From IMG/VR virus record IMGVR_UViG_3300017722_005389: DNA of 64,000 nt, one strand, 5' to 3'. Of this stretch, positions 10,210 through 19,328 are shown piece after piece. The notes beneath the pieces were generated by a model. The model worked only from the letters and a program-made list of their open reading frames with translations. It had not been told where the DNA came from and did no database searches. Numbering within the stretch: position 1 is the stretch's first letter; each line of letters starts with the position of its first letter. The stretch is from a virus (lineage: Duplodnaviria > Caudoviricetes). A program made the translations under genes and the position numbers.

Positions 10210-10217
10210 TACCTTTG
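10210..10217 (+). promoter_or_regulatory. Bacteroidota sigma70-type -7 box
   Basis: TACCTTTG upstream of 10237. Confidence 0.6.
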
Positions 10218-10236
10218 TTGAAAATAAATTTAAACT

Positions 10237-10626
10237 ATGAAAAATTTAACTTCATCATCAAACAGAGGAACTCATAAGTTTTCTGAAGGAGATTTTATTT
10301 GGAATGCTTCAGAAAAAAAGAAAGGTGTCTTTCACAAAGATATCGATGGAAATTCATTTATTTCTTATGGTAAAAACTATATATCGTTTAATGTAGATTA
10401 TTCTATAATTGAAAGATATATGCATCAAGATAACTTTCAAATGTTTTCATTAAAATCTAAAGTAGTACATTCTTCTAATGAGATTGTTATGACTACTGGA
10501 AACGCAAAACATAATTCTTTTGAAGGCATCAATCTTTTAACTGGAGAAACAAAATATTTTTCTCTGGAGCGTAATTGGACTGATATAACAAATGATTATC
10601 ACATGACCTTAACAAAATACTTTTAA
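10237..10626 (+). CDS. Hypothetical protein
   Basis: ORF behind host-type promoter. Confidence 0.65.
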   Translation: MKNLTSSSNRGTHKFSEGDFIWNASEKKKGVFHKDIDGNSFISYGKNYISFNVDYSIIERYMHQDNFQMFSLKSKVVHSSNEIVMTTGNAKHNSFEGINLLTGETKYFSLERNWTDITNDYHMTLTKYF

Positions 10627-10637
10627 ACAATTTTACT

Positions 10638-10934
10638 ATGATTACAACAATTTTAATTACCATCGCAATTACCGCAACTGTTATAGCCATATTCGGGTGG
10701 CTAACTTATATTTCATTCACCATGAAAAATAAAGTAAACTTATACTTTTTCAACGAAGCAGAAAGACATCTTTATGAAAGAATTCGTGAATTGGAAGATG
10801 AATTAAGTAGTAAAGCTGGTCTGCAATACACTCGTGATCAACTTGAAGATTTTCAAGATAGAATTTACCATCTTGAAAGGTCTTTAGAAGACTGCAGAAA
10901 TTCTAAATGTGGAAGTACATCCTGTAAACCTTAA
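10638..10934 (+). CDS. Membrane-anchored coiled-coil protein
   Basis: N-terminal TM helix then heptad-like region. Confidence 0.6.
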   Translation: MITTILITIAITATVIAIFGWLTYISFTMKNKVNLYFFNEAERHLYERIRELEDELSSKAGLQYTRDQLEDFQDRIYHLERSLEDCRNSKCGSTSCKP

Positions 10935-10945
10935 AAAATACTATT

Positions 10946-11329
10946 ATGAAAATGTTATTTATTTTTTTATTTATTTCTTCTGTTGCTTTTTCTCAACAAT
11001 ATACTATCTCAGAAGCATATTATATGGAGACAGGTGAAAATATTGAATTTTCTTCCACTACTGTTGAATTTAAATTTGAGAAATTATATTTGAATGATGA
11101 AGAATACGTTTTTTCTGAAAAACAAATTTTAGACAATGGTGATTTAGTTTTGAACTATTCAGACAAATATTCAAAAGTTGCCATATATGTAAGAGGAAAT
11201 GAAATTTTGGATATAATTGAACATCCTATGATCGGAGAAGTAATTGTTTATGAACTTCCAAAAGAAAACAAAATGTTGCCTTCAGAGAGTATAATAGCCT
11301 TGGATTCAAGATTGAAAAAATGGAAATAG
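10946..11329 (+). CDS. Secreted hypothetical protein
   Basis: Signal peptide MKMLFIFLFISSVAFSQ. Confidence 0.6.
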   Translation: MKMLFIFLFISSVAFSQQYTISEAYYMETGENIEFSSTTVEFKFEKLYLNDEEYVFSEKQILDNGDLVLNYSDKYSKVAIYVRGNEILDIIEHPMIGEVIVYELPKENKMLPSESIIALDSRLKKWK

Positions 11330-11341
11330 TTTTCTAAAGAT

Positions 11342-11381
11342 AAAAAAAAATCCCCATCTTTTTAAAGGTGGGGATTTTTTT
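11342..11381. terminator. Bidirectional intrinsic terminator
   Basis: A-run ATCCCCA(T)CTTT / AAAGGTGGGGAT T-run between convergent genes. Confidence 0.85.
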
Positions 11382-11388
11382 AGTTATT

Positions 11389-11856
11389 TTATTTCGTTTT
11401 TGATAATATACAAGTGAATAAATTAGTAAGTTCGGTAAAATCAATTCCTTTAGACATAACTTCTGTAAGAGCATCGCCTATTTCAACCATACCAGGAGAC
11501 TTTTTACTTGAAATTGTCTGCAATATTAATTTTGTAGTTTCTGGATATTTTTTCATGCCTTCTAGTGTGGCTCCAATTCCAGCTTCTATTAAACATGGCT
11601 CAATTTTTTTAAGCATATCTGGAGGTAATGAAGAAGAACCACCAGCATTTTTAAACGCATCATCAGCACCTTTGCCAACAGTATATGTGCCACCAGCATA
11701 ACCAGGTATAGATATTTGTTCTTTAACAACTTGTCTTATAACATTAGTTAACTTTCTTTTGGATTCTACAACATTCATTGGAGCTTTTGAAGTTTCACCC
11801 TGTTCTTTAATAATTGACTTAACAATTTGTCTTAATTCACTTAATTTAATTTTCAT
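11389..11856 (-). CDS. Leader-bearing hypothetical protein (double leader)
   Basis: MKIKLSELRQIVKSIIKEQ plus internal KLTNVIRQVVKEQ; motif at 11884-11891. Confidence 0.7.
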   Translation of the reverse strand: MKIKLSELRQIVKSIIKEQGETSKAPMNVVESKRKLTNVIRQVVKEQISIPGYAGGTYTVGKGADDAFKNAGGSSSLPPDMLKKIEPCLIEAGIGATLEGMKKYPETTKLILQTISSKKSPGMVEIGDALTEVMSKGIDFTELTNLFTCILSKTK

Positions 11857-11993
11857 AATTTTTTAGGTTTATTATAATTTATATATAAATAGTTTATATC
11901 CCAAAGAAAACAAAATTATTTTCTTTAAAATTAATACATGATATTTCTATACTGACCATCACCACCTGTTGTTTTTTTATAGACATAATCTTT

Positions 11994-12080
11994 TTAACTT
12001 CCGATTGACAAAGGCTTATTCATTTCTTCTTTAATAATAAATTTGACAAGCTTTCTGAATTCGCTTAATTTAATTTTCAT
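11994..12080 (-). pseudogene. Leader-only 28-aa stub (MKIKLSEFRKLVKFIIKEEMNKPLSIGS)
   Basis: Translated by hand; not in the track; stop 9 codons after the IIKEE leader. Confidence 0.5.
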
Positions 12081-12116
12081 ATATTTTATAATAAAAATTA
12101 AGTTTCAAGATAAAAT

Positions 12117-12148
12117 TTTGGTTTCTTCAAAAGAAATATATATCTTTG
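12117..12148 (+). promoter_or_regulatory. Bacteroidota sigma70-type promoter
   Basis: TTTG (12117) - 20 nt - TATCTTTG (12141). Confidence 0.7.
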
Positions 12149-12176
12149 TGCTTTATAAATATTTAATTTATTTCTT

Positions 12177-13010
12177 ATGAAATTCATTTATTCTATCTTT
12201 AGAAAATATAAGTTCTCATTATTACTTATATATTTTTACATGTTAGTTGCACAATTATTATTTTTGGCTGAACCATTCATACTTGGGAAGGCTATTGATG
12301 GATTGTTAACAAAAAATTATATTTGGTTAATAGTATTTTTAGCTGTTGAACTTTTACACAATGTTTTTATGTATCGAAGAATGGTGTTTGATACTAAAGT
12401 ATATGTTAAAATTTATAATGACATAATCTTTAATTTCTTAAGAAACAACAAAGAGGTTGACATTTCAGCTAAGATCGCAAGAACAGATATGTCACGTAGT
12501 ATAATAGGTTTTTTAGAAGGAGATATTCATTTTTTTATAATGGCAATTGTTACTGTCATCGGAAGTCTTTTTTTTATATTTATGCAGCATGCTTTAACTG
12601 GAGTTATTGTAGTTTGTTCGATACTGCCTATTACAATAACTGCAATAGTATTCTATAAAAAAATTGCCCAGTCTACTAAAGTTGGAAACACTCATTACGA
12701 ACAAAAGGCTAGTATTATGCATTCTGAGGATGAATCTCAAATTGATACTTATTTCAAAAGAAGAGCCAGGATCATTGTGATGCAATCCACATTACAAGGA
12801 AGAAATTGGGTTTCATTGAATGTTGCAAAGACAATTTTTCTTGTCTTATCATTATTTATTTTCACAAGTAAAAATATAGATATGACTCAAGGAGAAGCTA
12901 TTGCAATGTACGCCTACCTCAATCAGTTTATAATAGCTTTAATGTCTATTCCAATTGCAATGGAAACTATAACAAGAATTAAAGATGTTATAGGTAGAAT
13001 TAAATCGTAA
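12177..13010 (+). CDS. ABC transporter six-TM membrane domain, stand-alone
   Basis: L.EPF.LG.AID.LL, RR..DT.VY, multiple TM helices; no Walker motifs nearby. Confidence 0.7.
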   Translation: MKFIYSIFRKYKFSLLLIYFYMLVAQLLFLAEPFILGKAIDGLLTKNYIWLIVFLAVELLHNVFMYRRMVFDTKVYVKIYNDIIFNFLRNNKEVDISAKIARTDMSRSIIGFLEGDIHFFIMAIVTVIGSLFFIFMQHALTGVIVVCSILPITITAIVFYKKIAQSTKVGNTHYEQKASIMHSEDESQIDTYFKRRARIIVMQSTLQGRNWVSLNVAKTIFLVLSLFIFTSKNIDMTQGEAIAMYAYLNQFIIALMSIPIAMETITRIKDVIGRIKS

Positions 13011-13180
13011 ACAATTGAACTTCTTTAGAAAAAATAATGTTTCTATTTAAAATAAACTCTGTTCAATGTTCACAATAGTAAAAAGGTTAGAAAATGGATA
13101 TATAATCATGGCACCTGATGGTGAAACCGCATATATCACTGAATCACAATATCAAAATTTAAAATTAAAAAATAAGATGT

Positions 13181-13459
13181 ATGAAAAAGTTTGAAATTGA
13201 AAGTTTAGATTCCGACTATCTTGATCCTATGCAAGTTATGTATCATGCCTGTTTTCAATGCCTCATAAATTTTGTTGAAAAAGAATCTGGATTAAGACAT
13301 TGCACATACAAAGATGATGATCAAAAAAAACATATTGATATAGCTTGTGAACTTTATGTTTGGTGGATAAAAAACCGAGAAGATCTGGATACAGATACAG
13401 ATGAATCTCAAGAAAAATTAGAACAACTTGTCAAAATAAGAAATTTTCTTTGGACTTAA
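13181..13459 (+). CDS. Hypothetical protein
   Basis: LY.WW...R, L..LVKIR.FLWT phage-type motif. Confidence 0.6.
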   Translation: MKKFEIESLDSDYLDPMQVMYHACFQCLINFVEKESGLRHCTYKDDDQKKHIDIACELYVWWIKNREDLDTDTDESQEKLEQLVKIRNFLWT

Positions 13460-13471
13460 AATAAATGAATT

Positions 13472-13774
13472 ATGAAAAAAATTGAAGACAAAATTAAATT
13501 TGTAGAGAAGTCAATTCTCGAAATCAAATCAATGATGGAAAAATCTAATGCTTTATATAAATTAGGTGTGGATATATTAGAAGTTGATATGGGTATTGAA
13601 TTAGTTATTGAATCATTTAAGTATATTTTCAATGAAAGTATATGTGAAACGATCTCATGGTGGATATTCGAAGATGTTGAAAAAACCATAGATGTAAATG
13701 GTAAAACATACAATCTTGAAAAATTAGAAGATTTATTAAAATTTATTAATGACGATTATAAAGGTGTATTATAA
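13472..13774 (+). CDS. Hypothetical protein
   Basis: ISWWIFE, LEDL..FI pattern. Confidence 0.6.
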   Translation: MKKIEDKIKFVEKSILEIKSMMEKSNALYKLGVDILEVDMGIELVIESFKYIFNESICETISWWIFEDVEKTIDVNGKTYNLEKLEDLLKFINDDYKGVL

Positions 13775-13873
13775 TTTCTTAGGAGCAATCATTGTTCTTT
13801 TGAAAGGATTTTTTAGTACAAATTTTAGATATAAAACAAATAAAACTAAATGAGACAAATACCTTGTTAGGCT

Positions 13874-14140
13874 ATGTTTAAAATATTCAAGAGTTACATT
13901 AAATGGAAACTTATCTCTATAATAAAGGATAAGCTGATACACTATTTATCGGAGAAACACAATTATTCACAAAGACAAAATGAATGGAAGTGCAAGGTTT
14001 ATGATGGTAAATGCTTAACAAAGGAACGATTTGAAAAAGAGCAAGAGGAGCAGATACGATGGTCGAATGAGCAATGGAAAGTTAATCATCATAAATATGA
14101 AGCGGTTTTGGAGATACTTAGAATAGTGGAGGGTCTGTAA
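13874..14140 (+). CDS. Hypothetical protein, cassette-like (GTTAGGC core site 2 nt before ATG)
   Basis: GTTAGGC at 13866-13872; attC-like arm follows the stop. Confidence 0.65.
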   Translation: MFKIFKSYIKWKLISIIKDKLIHYLSEKHNYSQRQNEWKCKVYDGKCLTKERFEKEQEEQIRWSNEQWKVNHHKYEAVLEILRIVEGL

Positions 14141-14147
14141 ATATTGT

Positions 14148-14361
14148 CTATAACGGTTCTCGGCTATACGTCAGGTTTTTTGCGAATTTGAAACACTAAA
14201 ATTAAAATATATGATGCGAGTAATTGAAATGACACACTCTGAAAAAGTAGAGATGTATCAAATGATTGAAAAAGACAGATTGATAGAAATGCTGATAGAG
14301 GCAAATAATGTTATTAACCGACTAACGGAAGTAAAAAACTTGCGTATAGCCGATGTTAGTG
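14148..14361 (+). mobile_element. Long integron attC-like site with an ORF start in its loop
   Basis: CTATAAC..CGGCTATACG-T-CAGGTTTTTT pairs with AAAAAACTTG-CGTATAGCCG..GTTAGTG; one extrahelical base. Confidence 0.65.
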
Positions 14362-14450
14362 GTTCGTTGCCATGCCATCATAACTATATACAAAAAGACA
14401 CTTATTGGAAAAGTTGCACTCATTGTGGAATGATAGCCCCATTAGGGTAA
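14211..14450 (+). CDS. Hypothetical protein spanning the attC-like R' site; C-terminal CxxC
   Basis: Junction reads LRIADVSGS; ACCACTAAC follows the stop. Confidence 0.6.
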   Translation: MMRVIEMTHSEKVEMYQMIEKDRLIEMLIEANNVINRLTEVKNLRIADVSGSLPCHHNYIQKDTYWKSCTHCGMIAPLG

Positions 14451-14508
14451 TGACCACTAACTAAAATATATATACACCTCAAAACAACTCACTTCAAAAA
14501 ATAAAATT

Positions 14509-14886
14509 ATGGAAATTAAAAAATTTGAAATGTACCTAGATGGTGGTACAATTGAACTAACGACAGATAAAGGAATTTTCTGTTTTGACAAAAGAATTAG
14601 AAGTAGTACAAAGGGTAGATTATACGATGGTTATCCTAAAGATGATAATTCTAACCTAATAGAAAATTCAGTTGATTTGGAACAAGAACTAATTGAACAA
14701 TTAAAATTGTTTAAGAGTGACTTCTATCAAAGTTCAATTGATTACTTTATTAACTCAAACAAAAATAATATTAGTGTTAACGAAGTGGAGTTTTGTAATT
14801 GTGGTAATCCAAGTGGTGGACATCATTGCTATGTAGATGAAAATATAATTGAATGTGCTGATTGTGGGAAACAATTACAAAATTAA
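14509..14886 (+). CDS. Hypothetical protein with C-terminal Zn-ribbon segment
   Basis: CNC..CADC; AACACTAAC at the stop. Confidence 0.6.
   Translation: MEIKKFEMYLDGGTIELTTDKGIFCFDKRIRSSTKGRLYDGYPKDDNSNLIENSVDLEQELIEQLKLFKSDFYQSSIDYFINSNKNNISVNEVEFCNCGNPSGGHHCYVDENIIECADCGKQLQN
14684..14759 (+). repeat. 76-bp exact direct repeat, copy 1 (copy 2 at 15522-15597)
   Basis: AAGAACTAATTGAACAA...TAACTCAAA occurs twice, encoding ELIEQLKLFKSDFYQSSIDYFINS. Confidence 0.9.
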
Positions 14887-14978
14887 CACTAACTAATCGC
14901 TAACCGCAATACTCTTATATTATTAATATGAATGTAAAAGAATATTTGAAATGATAATATTTATATATAAAAGAAAAG

Positions 14979-15488
14979 ATGAATGATTTGAGAAAGTTTA
15001 TTAAAAATATTATAAAAGAATTTTTAAATGAACAACAAATGTTAAACAGTGATGGTATATGGTATCACGGTAGTGATTTTAAAAAACCAAATTTTGATTC
15101 TGATTTTAAACCTATTTTTTTTACTAAAAGTAAAGAGTATGCTGAAGGTTATGGTAAGTTTGTTAATTCATATAAATTAAACATAAAAAATCCATTAGAT
15201 ACAAGAATAGAAAAAGATTTAATATTTTATAATGAAAAATTCATACCTTGGACTAAAGAGTATAAATACACTGAAAAAGATGGTAGATATAATACATTAG
15301 ATAAAGGATTGGCTGTTCCTATGATAACAGCAAATTTATTGTATCTGTTTTTACGAAAATCAAAAAGAGAAGGATTAAATCATAATTATGATGGTGTTAT
15401 TGTTGATGAATCGGGATTTGAATTTGATAACGAGTTGGCAAAATATTCTTTATTTCCTTTGTCATTCACACAAATTTTAAATATATGA
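14979..15488 (+). CDS. Leader-bearing ADP-ribosyltransferase (ART-PolyVal-like)
   Basis: MNDLRKFIKNIIKEFLNE; WYHGS, IFFT.SKEYA..YG, L.IKNPLD, YDGVI, F...QI; TATTTATA at 14958. Confidence 0.7.
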   Translation: MNDLRKFIKNIIKEFLNEQQMLNSDGIWYHGSDFKKPNFDSDFKPIFFTKSKEYAEGYGKFVNSYKLNIKNPLDTRIEKDLIFYNEKFIPWTKEYKYTEKDGRYNTLDKGLAVPMITANLLYLFLRKSKREGLNHNYDGVIVDESGFEFDNELAKYSLFPLSFTQILNI

Positions 15489-16027
15489 AAAAAGTAGAAA
15501 TGGTAAAAACAATTGAGTTCAAAGAACTAATTGAACAATTAAAATTGTTTAAGAGTGACTTCTATCAAAGTTCAATTGATTACTTTATTAACTCAAAAAA
15601 AATAAATATGGAAAACTTAAAAGTAAAATACTTAGGCGTTGTTATTGGATATACTTATGATGGGAAAAAAATAGAATTTTTAGATAATGAACATTCTAAA
15701 GAAATTCAAAAAACACTATCAGAAGGTCACACAATAGGTCTATCATCAAGACGAATGGGGACTGTTGGCGAAAATGGTTATGTTAATTATGAAAAAATAA
15801 CTGAGTACAATGTTATCAATCGTCTTGATGAAATAATTAACTCAAAACAAAAAATACAAATGATAACCGAAGAAGAATACTTAAAAGCAAAGCAGATAGT
15901 TCAAGAATATGAAAAACAATTGGATATATCTAATGTTAGTTGTAGTTATATTGATAAATTAGGTAATGATGAACTAAAACAACGTGAAATAGATAGAAAA
16001 TGGGCTAAGGATAGAAATATATTATAA
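15485..16027 (+). CDS. Mosaic hypothetical protein (real start may be MENLK at ~15608)
   Basis: Contains repeat copy 2 and GTTAGTTGTA at 15935. Confidence 0.55.
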   Translation: MKKVEMVKTIEFKELIEQLKLFKSDFYQSSIDYFINSKKINMENLKVKYLGVVIGYTYDGKKIEFLDNEHSKEIQKTLSEGHTIGLSSRRMGTVGENGYVNYEKITEYNVINRLDEIINSKQKIQMITEEEYLKAKQIVQEYEKQLDISNVSCSYIDKLGNDELKQREIDRKWAKDRNIL

Positions 16028-16104
16028 TTACAACTAACTATCGCTAACCGCAATGCTCTTATATTACTAATATTGCTGTATAAGCCTAATAATTTCAATT
16101 AAAT

Positions 16105-16977
16105 ATGATAATATCTATCTCTGGAAAAAAACAGTCTGGTAAAGACACGATTGCTGACATTATAAAGTCACTCATATATTGCCATATTGATGGCACTGAA
16201 CTTACAGAAGAAAATTTTGAATCTATAAGACATTGTAGGATTCATAATTACAAAGTCAAAAAATTCGCAGGAAAGCTTAAAGAAGTTGCAGCAATAATGC
16301 TTGGATGTAATCCTAAAGATTTTGAATCAGAAGAATTTAAAAATAGCATCCTTGGAGAAGAATGGTGGTACTATCAAGATAATGTGAACAATAAGTTTTT
16401 AGCCCCTTATTTGACTAAGTTTAGGTCTGAATCAGAAAATAAATTGTTACTTGAAAACAATTATGCTCTTTTGATGAGAACGACTCCAAGAACATTCCTT
16501 CAGAGATTGGCAACAGATGCTGTCAGAGAAAATTTACATTCTTGTTCTTGGATAAATTCCACCTTAGCAGATTATAACCCCAAAGAATTTTGGGTTATAA
16601 CAGATACAAGATTTGAGAATGAATTAAATGCTATAAAATACAAGGAACCTAAATTTTTTAATATTAGAGTTGAAAGATTACAATCTTTTGAAGATTGGTG
16701 TAACCAATATAAAGATTATGTAACTTTTATCAAAAATTTTGAACACATGGATGATAAGATATCTTCTAATGGTTTTTGGAGTTTATTGCATACCTCTAAA
16801 GGATATTTTAAACCTAATGAAGAAACCTTTACAACTCTAATTAATAATCTCAGTCATGAAAGTGAAACTCAATTAGATCATTATAATAACCTGGATTTTT
16901 TTATTGAAAATAAAGGTTCTATTGGAGATTTAATAGATAGAGTTAAATGGTTTATGATCGAAAATAAATTACTTTAA
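16105..16977 (+). CDS. Deoxynucleoside monophosphate kinase (T4 gp1-like)
   Basis: ISGKKQSGKDT P-loop, KFA..LK, PR..LQ..., VITD.RF.NE, H.SE. Confidence 0.8.
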   Translation: MIISISGKKQSGKDTIADIIKSLIYCHIDGTELTEENFESIRHCRIHNYKVKKFAGKLKEVAAIMLGCNPKDFESEEFKNSILGEEWWYYQDNVNNKFLAPYLTKFRSESENKLLLENNYALLMRTTPRTFLQRLATDAVRENLHSCSWINSTLADYNPKEFWVITDTRFENELNAIKYKEPKFFNIRVERLQSFEDWCNQYKDYVTFIKNFEHMDDKISSNGFWSLLHTSKGYFKPNEETFTTLINNLSHESETQLDHYNNLDFFIENKGSIGDLIDRVKWFMIENKLL

Positions 16978-17006
16978 TTTGAAACTGTAAATAACTGTTA
17001 AGTAAT

Positions 17007-17037
17007 TTTGTTTTTTCAGATGTATTTTCTACCTTTG
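17007..17037 (+). promoter_or_regulatory. Bacteroidota sigma70-type promoter
   Basis: TTTG - 19 nt - TACCTTTG. Confidence 0.7.
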
Positions 17038-17075
17038 TAGAACTATTTTATCACAAAGTAAAAATTTAATTTCTC

Positions 17076-17267
17076 ATGGAAAAAAATGTAATTGAAATCG
17101 AACTAAACAAATGGCTTTACAAAGGATGCTTTATTGAAAAATTTGAAAACTCTGCGTTCTTTGAGAATTATCAAGTTTATAAAAATAATGAAAAACAACA
17201 CATGGTCGGCATGTGCATGACTTTTGCTGAAGCCAGAAAGTTATGCGAAAAAAATGAGTGTTTTTAA
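17076..17267 (+). CDS. Hypothetical protein
   Basis: Downstream of promoter. Confidence 0.55.
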   Translation: MEKNVIEIELNKWLYKGCFIEKFENSAFFENYQVYKNNEKQHMVGMCMTFAEARKLCEKNECF

Positions 17268-17297
17268 AACTATTTAAAACTTAAAACAACTGTTTAA

Positions 17298-17525
17298 ATG
17301 CAAAATAAATTCGAAAGATATAAGCAAAATTTAGAAAAAAGAATTGAGCTTTCTAAAGAAATTTTAGAAATTACTAATTCTATAATTTTTGACTTGAAAA
17401 ATACAGAAACTGTAAACACAATAGATGTTGCAATTCAGGAATTAAAGATTGAAATCGAAAATATGCAAAACCTTTTGAATGAATTAAGAACCTTTATAAA
17501 TTATGTCGAATCAAATGAACAATGA
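17298..17525 (+). CDS. Coiled-coil hypothetical protein
   Basis: Packed ORF. Confidence 0.55.
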   Translation: MQNKFERYKQNLEKRIELSKEILEITNSIIFDLKNTETVNTIDVAIQELKIEIENMQNLLNELRTFINYVESNEQ

Positions 17526-17682
17526 AACAAAAACAGCTGTTGAACATCTTTTTGAAGTTTATATGGATAAAAAGCTGAAACTTACTTTAGAAGATTTTAA
17601 AATAGCTTTGGAAATTGAAAATCAACAATTTAAAAATGCTTTTCAATCAAGTTTACTTCATGAAAAGAGTAATAATGACTAA
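17515..17682 (+). CDS. TAVE(W/H)L-family small protein (not in track)
   Basis: MNNETKTAVEHLF..ALEIENQQ, translated by hand. Confidence 0.6.
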   Translation: MNNETKTAVEHLFEVYMDKKLKLTLEDFKIALEIENQQFKNAFQSSLLHEKSNND

Positions 17683-17696
17683 AAAATGACAATTCT

Positions 17697-18080
17697 ATGA
17701 CAAAACAAGAAATTGATAATTATCTCCAATCTATTGGAGGATTAAAAAATGGCTTCAGATTGGAATCTAAGCCAATAGTAGATTCTGATTTCTTCGCAGT
17801 TAGAGAAGGATGGTTTCAGCTTATTAAAGATTTGATTGCAGATTTGATTGAACTTGGTTGGAATAAAGAAGTTTGCCAAGTAAAAGAAAAATTCGGTGGA
17901 CTCAGATTCTATATTAATGATGGAAATGATGAAATGCACGATAGAGTCCATAAAGCTGAAACAGAAAGCTGCACAATTTGTGAAATAACTGGTAAACCAG
18001 GAAAGCTTAGAACTGATATTTCATGGTATAGAACGTTATGCGATGAACAATATGAATATTTCAAGAGTAATCGGAACTAA
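17697..18080 (+). CDS. Conserved phage protein (QVKEKFGGLRFY family)
   Basis: GW..L, QVKEKFGGLRFY, S..ICE.TG.PG, W..TLC. Confidence 0.7.
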   Translation: MTKQEIDNYLQSIGGLKNGFRLESKPIVDSDFFAVREGWFQLIKDLIADLIELGWNKEVCQVKEKFGGLRFYINDGNDEMHDRVHKAETESCTICEITGKPGKLRTDISWYRTLCDEQYEYFKSNRN

Positions 18081-18132
18081 TTCTTAATTATCTTTGTTCT
18101 TAAATCATTAGAACAATTTAAAATCTTCAAAG

Positions 18133-18852
18133 ATGCTAGAACATTTAAATCTCACCAATGTAATGGTGTTTGATATTGAAACGGCTTCCTCACATAAAAG
18201 TTATTCTCATATGAGCGAAACTTTTCAAAAACTTTGGGAAAGTACTATTCATAAAAGGGAAGCTAAAGACGATGAATCACCCGAAACAACTTATTTTGAA
18301 AACGCTGGATTACATGCAGAATTCTCAAAGATAGTTACAATTTCTGCAGGATTTTTTGAAAGGGTTTCTGAAGATGTTTATAATCTTCGAATGAAGTCTT
18401 TTTATTCTCATGATGAAAAAGAAATTCTTTCTAAGTTCAGTGAAATTTTGAACACCAGAACGCCTAACAAGCACTTTTTGCTTGCACATAACGGAAAACA
18501 TTTTGATGTTCCTTATCTTTGCAAAAGATTGTCAATTCATCAGATGCCAATTCCATCATTCATAGATACATATGATTTGAAACCTTGGGAATCTAAATGG
18601 ATCCTCGATTCAAAAATAATGTGGGGATTTGGAAGTGAAGCCAAAATTTCATTAAAAACTCTTTGTGGAATATTTGATATTCCAACACCCAAAGATGATA
18701 TTGAAGGTAAGGATGTAACCAGGGTTTATTGGAATGAAGAAGATGGTATCGAAAGAATTCAAACCTATTGTAAAAAAGATGTTCTTGCAACTGCGAGAGT
18801 TTTCTGTAAAATTATCCAAAGAAATATAACTATTAATCCATTAGAATTATGA
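18133..18852 (+). CDS. PolB-exonuclease-like 3'-5' exonuclease (DEDD)
   Basis: VFDIET, AEF.KIV.IS, HNGK.FDVPY, SL..LC..F.IP.PK, YC.KDV. Confidence 0.85.
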   Translation: MLEHLNLTNVMVFDIETASSHKSYSHMSETFQKLWESTIHKREAKDDESPETTYFENAGLHAEFSKIVTISAGFFERVSEDVYNLRMKSFYSHDEKEILSKFSEILNTRTPNKHFLLAHNGKHFDVPYLCKRLSIHQMPIPSFIDTYDLKPWESKWILDSKIMWGFGSEAKISLKTLCGIFDIPTPKDDIEGKDVTRVYWNEEDGIERIQTYCKKDVLATARVFCKIIQRNITINPLEL

Positions 18853-19142
18853 ATCCAAATAAAGTAGATAAAATCCTTCATGAGCTTTATCGTAAAGCAT
18901 TCAAAGCCAGTACACCTTCAGGTGATTGGGATGAATTGTATGCAAATGCACCTTTAAATGAATTTAATCAAAAAGTTATTCCTTTTATGGATTATGAATG
19001 CGAACAAGAAGTTATGGAAGAAATACTTGAAACCACTTTGAAAGAATATAAAGTTCCAAAGTGGAGAAAACGTTCTTTTGAAATAACTTTCTGGCTTGGC
19101 TGTTCACCTAAAAGTAAAAAACTTAAAACTGTAGAACAATGA
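18849..19142 (+). CDS. Hypothetical protein
   Basis: ATGA overlap; LGCSP C-terminus. Confidence 0.6.
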   Translation: MNPNKVDKILHELYRKAFKASTPSGDWDELYANAPLNEFNQKVIPFMDYECEQEVMEEILETTLKEYKVPKWRKRSFEITFWLGCSPKSKKLKTVEQ

Positions 19143-19321
19143 ATAAAGCAATAGAAAAAATAGATGACATTCTTGTTGCAAATATTGACAACAATGAAGA
19201 TATTTTAATCATTCGTAATTTCATTAATAAGAAAAACGAGATTATTTTGAATCGTCAAGAGGCAGCTATTTTGCTTGTCGAACTTTTCAATTTCTTAAGC
19301 AAAACAAAAAACAAACCATAA
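19139..19321 (+). CDS. Hypothetical protein
   Basis: ATGA overlap. Confidence 0.5.
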   Translation: MNKAIEKIDDILVANIDNNEDILIIRNFINKKNEIILNRQEAAILLVELFNFLSKTKNKP

Positions 19322-19328
19322 TCAACTC

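Noticed and set aside
17515-17682. Frameshifted MKQ-TAVE gene in an A-run
   Set aside because: An in-frame ATG at 17515 gives an intact ORF.
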